DNA of 64,000 nt from Amoebidium appalachense. Lineage: Eukaryota > Protista > Ichthyosporea. Shown in pieces: positions 59,681-64,000 of the stretch. The stretch lies in NCBI GenBank assembly GCA_963693365.1, contig CAVNZM010000005.1:7076710-7140709 (forward strand), in the 5' to 3' direction. The position numbers and the translations under genes were made by a program. Numbering within the stretch: the first letter of the stretch is position 1; every line of letters begins with the position of its first letter. A model generated the notes under the pieces. That model was not told the DNA's origin. It saw nothing but the letters and a program-made list of their open reading frames with translations, and made no database searches.

Positions 59681-60947
59681 TCACAAGTGCAGCAAGTTTC
59701 TAAACCCAAGCAAAAATTCTAGGCCCCCCTCCCCATAGCCCTGCCCGCACTTCTCCGCTGCTATTCTGCACGCAAACTCCAATAACCCCTTCACAGTCTT
59801 TTCTTCCCACGGTTCCCCTATCTCCCTTGCACATGCCCACGCTATAGCTGCGCCTATGAAGGTATCCCCTGCTCCAATGGTGTCCACTATGCGGCCACCA
59901 GAGGGTTTGCTTGCTTGTGCATGCACACCCACACCACCCACCAACCCCCACGCCCCGTCCTCTCCCCACGTGACAATAACCAAAGTCTTATCCCCAACTA
60001 CACCACTCAGAAAGTCGTATCCTTCCCTAGCCGTTTTTCCGCCTTTTGCACGCACATACGCCTTGCTGACAAACACAACATCAGCGCCCGATGCAAGCTG
60101 CTCAATTCCATCACGCGTCTTCTCCACCTCCACGGAATACCTTACTCCTCTCTTTCTCATCTCTTGTGCCATCACCTGAACGTTATCAATGTTCCTTCCT
60201 TCAAAATGAACCCACTTGGCACCATGCAACGCAGGAACAGACAGGAACTCCCCTGGTTCCAGCTCCGGGAGTGCGGGGCGGTTGTGCACAATGGTGCGCG
60301 AACCATTCCTCTCGTTCAGTATGATGTATGAGGTGGGCATGTGTGTTGTCTTGTGCGACCTCACCATTCCCCTCGTATCCACGCCACAATTCTGAAATGT
60401 TGTCAGCGCGTCGCCCGCTTCGCCACCCACGGGCAAGGTGCATACAAGAGTGGATGGTAGCCCCAGCAGGCCTATCACACAGGCCGTGTTTGCGGCGTTT
60501 CCCCCTGTGCGCCGAAACTGCCTGTGGTCGCAAAAACTCCTTTTTAGAGACAAAGACAAAGACAGATGCGAATGGCCAGCTAGAAAATGGCACGCACTTC
60601 CACATCTCTCCATAAACACAGGTATCCACAATCCAAATATTGTGTACAATACCTGACCTCACTCCTTTCCACCCCCTTCCCCCGCTCCCCTAAAAAGCGA
60701 GCTAGAAAGTGGCACGCACTGTCGCGCTGGCTCTCCAAAAACATATCCGCAATCCAAATAGTGTGCAGACCCCCTTAATGCCCTTATTGATCTCCCCTCC
60801 CCTTCCCTCAGCCCCCCTCTTCCCCCACATCATCCACCCCATCCCACTCACCCACCTTAGAGCGCGCATTTCCTCATCCTCGCTGGGATAGTGGTCTACC
60901 ACGTTGACTATGTCCAGAACCGTGTTTCCCACCACCACCACCGCCAT
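59681..60947 (-). CDS. KHK: ketohexokinase-like PfkB carbohydrate kinase, 2 exons (60947-60856, 60521-59681), ~310 aa
   Basis: Motifs: VVVGNTVLDIVNVVDHYPSEDEEMR, GGNAANT, GSRTIVH, WVHFEGRN, SVEVEK, ADVVFVSK, TWGEDGA, VDTIGAGDTF. An alternative donor/acceptor pair a few nt away is possible. Confidence 0.9.
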
Positions 60948-61192
60948 GTTTGCAGCTGTCCTTCTGCACAGTGCTGTGGACAAAGATTTTCGACGTAACG
61001 CAGTAAAACCTAAGAACAAGTCACTGAGCTCATGAGTTTACAGTTGTGCTTAGCCCACCCAACTTGGCCCCTCTGAAGCCGTATACTCTAACAGCGCACC
61101 GGTCCGTGGCACCACCCTCTGAAAAAAGAGGGCCGTGTCCGATGTGCCAGGCGCCAGGGGTTGAAAACAGCCGAGCCCTTTTTGTTAGATGA

Positions 61193-61233
61193 TGACGTCA
61201 GAGTCTCCGAGTCCAGCCAGTGTTGTGACGTCA
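61193..61233. promoter_or_regulatory. two perfect CRE palindromes (TGACGTCA at 61193 and 61226) in the divergent KHK/DESI1 intergenic region
   Basis: The words are directly visible. The two ATGs are head-to-head, about 715 bp apart. Function is inferred. Confidence 0.5.
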
Positions 61234-61662
61234 GCTCTGTTGTGAACTTGAAGCGCTCAGCTCAGCTCAGCTCGGCTTCAAAGTTTCAGCTTCAACGTCA
61301 GCTTCAAAGTTCCTCCGTATATACTGCTGTGCAAACGCGCGCAGGGTAACGCGTGTTGTAAAGCACATATACAATGAAATTTATCATTAGGGTTAGAGAC
61401 TTAACCAAGCCCGGGCCCAAACTTTGAGGTTAGCAGCAACACATCTTAGTGTTTCGAAGAGACTCTTGGAGTTCACTAGGATCTTGTACGGTGGACTGAG
61501 CGCTGAAATAGGACGCTCCACAGCTACGCTCTACACTGTAGAGCCCTGTTTCTTGCGTCGTAAATCTCAATTCGGTGTCCAAAGGACATAACACACACGC
61601 TAACAGCCCACCTACATAGGTCCATCCTAGTCATACAGTTATTTGTTTCCACACCTGCCACC

Positions 61663-62414
61663 ATGACTCAGTCATCCGTCTCCGTCTACGTCTACGACCT
61701 GTCCCAGGGAATGGCACGGCAGATGTCACTTGCCTTATTAGGAAGGCAGCTTGAGGGCATCTGGCACACCAGCGTGGTTGTGTTTGGGAGAGAGTTCTAC
61801 TTTGGAGGGGGCATATGCTGCGACAGCCCACTGAACACCCCCTATGGAAGACCTGTCCAACGTGAGTAGTTGGGTGATGGGGTTGAACTGGATCTGGGTT
61901 ATTCTTGTGATCGAGGGCATTCCTTTTGTGTTTCGGGTGTCTCAGAGGGTGAGTTGAAAGGAGCTGAGGCGGAGTTGGAGAAGGAAGAGTGGCCGAGGGG
62001 GAGGGGGGGGGGGGGTGGAGAGGGGGGAGAAGGGGGGGGGGGAGGGGGGGGGGGTGGAGGACGTATATAAAAGGATGTTGAGGAGAGAATGCGGGTTGGA
62101 GGGTTGGGGTGGGGTGGGGGAAGTTGGGGGGAGGGGAGGGGAGGGAGCGGCCGGAGGAGGGGGAGAAGGTCGTGCAGATCGAGATCTGAGGGAAGATGGG
62201 AAGGGGGGCCTCGGGGGAAGGCGAAAGAGGGCATCAGGGGGGGGAGGGGGGGGGGGGGGGGGGGAGGGGGGGGGGGGGGGGCTGGATGGTTCTAACTCGG
62301 AGAAAGGATCTGTGATATGATAAACGAAGTGGTCGTGAGTGGGCATGAGTGTATGTGGTAAATCTGTTGATATTGCGAGTGGTCATCAGGGGCATACCAG
62401 CGGCAAAGTGAAGC

Positions 62415-62450
<36 letters not shown>

Positions 62451-62455
62451 ACACC

Positions 62456-62515
<60 letters not shown>

Positions 62516-64000
62516 CTCATGCGCACAGTTCAAGCCTTCCAGCCCCTGTGTCATTTCTTTTTGCAAGTCTTTTTTCCCAAGCATGTTCCCAATCTCCCCA
62601 CCCCCTCCCCTCCCCCAAAAAAAGAAGAAAAGAAAAATAAAATGACAATATTATAAAAATAAAAAAGAAAAAGAAAAAAAGAGAAAACAAGAAAGAAAGA
62701 ACCCATTTTCAGAAAACACAAACACATCCCATTGCTTTATCCTCATGTGCTCTGCCGTCCCCCTCCTCCTCCCCCCCCCCCCCCCCCCCAACCACCACCA
62801 CCACCACCACCACCACCATCACCCAACTCCCTTCCAACCCCCCAACCCCCCTCCCCCCTTCCCCCCCTCCCTCCCCACCTCTCGTCCTCCTCTCGCCCAC
62901 ACCACCCCACACCTCCCGCCTCTTCCTCTCCCTCCACTCCCCCCCTCCCCCCCCCCCCCCCCCTCTCTCTCTCCTCCTCCCCCCCCTCTCCCCTCCCTTC
63001 CTCCCCCCCCCTCTCCCTCCCCACCTCCCCCCCCCCCCCCCCCCCCCCCCCCCCAAACAGAGCACGATATGGGTGAGACCGCATACAGCTACGACGATCT
63101 CCTCTCGTTCCTCTCCTCCATCTCCCACCGCTTCACCATGGCCACCTACCACCTGCTGGACAACAATTGCAACAATTTCAGTGATGAGGTCTGCAGGTTT
63201 CTGGTCGGAAAGCACATCCCGGCCTATATCACCGGCCTGCCACAGGTAACAAGTACATAACTTTTTTGCCGGGATTTACCAGGTTTACCAAGGTTGTTTG
63301 AGAATTCTCTCTGTTTTTCTCGTTTTGGGGTAGCTAGGAGGGTGTCCTCTTACGGAATTTCAATGGGTTTTTCGGCTTTTATTCGGAAATCCTCTCTTGT
63401 TTTCTTTTTCTTGTCCTCTGGGCTTGTATATTTTTTCCAATAACCTTTGCCGATCACCCCCTCCCCCCCCCCCCCCCCCCCCCTTCTCTCTTTAGGAGAG
63501 ATGCAGACGGGAAGCATGAGACTGCTATGGACTAGTAGCTCCACTCTACCTTAACCATCACAAGCACACTCACATTTCATCACAACCGTCACACACACAC
63601 ACACGCACACACACAGACAGTCAGACAGACAGAGAGAGAGAGGGGGGGGGGGGGGGGGGAGGGGGAGGGGGGAGAGAGAGAGAGGGAGGGAGGGAGAGAG
63701 AGAGAAAGAGAGAGAGAGAAAAAACCCCTTTCGCCATACACCCTGACACCTACACACATATTTCAGGAGGCCATGAGCACGCCGTTTGGCGCCATGCTGC
63801 GCCCATTCATCGATCACATGCAGGCTGGAATCAGAGACATGGCCGGCCAACACCAACTCGACCTATCCCACGCTAGGCCCCTCCTTAACCTCCCAAACAC
63901 AAATACAAATGCACCCACACCGCCCTTAACAACCCCCGCCACCAAAACGCACCCACACCAGCACACTACAACAACTAAGACCACCGCCATCGCCGGCGGC
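61663..64000 (+). CDS. DESI1: deSUMOylating isopeptidase 1 (PPPDE peptidase), exons 61663-61861, 63061-63245, 63767->64000; 3'-partial
   Basis: VYVYDLSQGMARQMS..LGRQLEGIWHTSVVVFGREFYFG carries the catalytic His. YHLLDNNCNNFSDEV.FLVGKHIPAYITGLP carries the catalytic Cys. Also STPFGAMLRPF. The GT-AG introns keep the frame. Confidence 0.93.
62282..62415 (-). mobile_element. probable further poly(C)-anchored element fragment in DESI1 intron 1
   Basis: The minus strand reads ...cccctgatgaccactc... about 100 nt before a long C-run, the same geometry as subfamilies 1-3. It is single-copy in this window. Confidence 0.4.

Overview
This is eukaryotic genomic DNA with GT-AG introns, very dense poly-G/poly-C tracts and (CA)n/(GT)n/(GA)n microsatellites. 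Most ORFs in the supplied track are translated repeats. The gene content fits a protist, possibly a unicellular opisthokont, but that is inference only. I spliced the genes by hand: a coiled-coil+KCTD-type BTB+WD40 gene (-), CCT3 (+, 10 exons), a CRAL-TRIO lipid-transfer gene (-), a secreted 12-Cys orphan (-), a secreted PHI-1/EXORDIUM-like gene (+), a spherulin-4/GH135 gene with a Thr-rich stalk (-), a homologue of plant 'RNA-binding ASCH domain' proteins with a toxin-RNase-like C-terminus (-), ketohexokinase (-) and DeSI1 (+, runs off the window). Mobile DNA comprises two independent solo LTRs with their own 5-bp TSDs bracketing the PHI-1-like gene, an intact copia-type miniature LTR element with a half-tRNA(iMet) PBS, and two MITEs. 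The most interesting signal is a multi-subfamily, 5'-truncated repeat that ends in poly(C) tracts. It carries a conserved, covarying, probably pseudoknotted ~155-nt RNA fold containing GAAAC and CUGANGA words. Many introns also show a G-rich 5' arm and a C/CA-rich 3' arm, and several acceptors lack a polypyrimidine tract.
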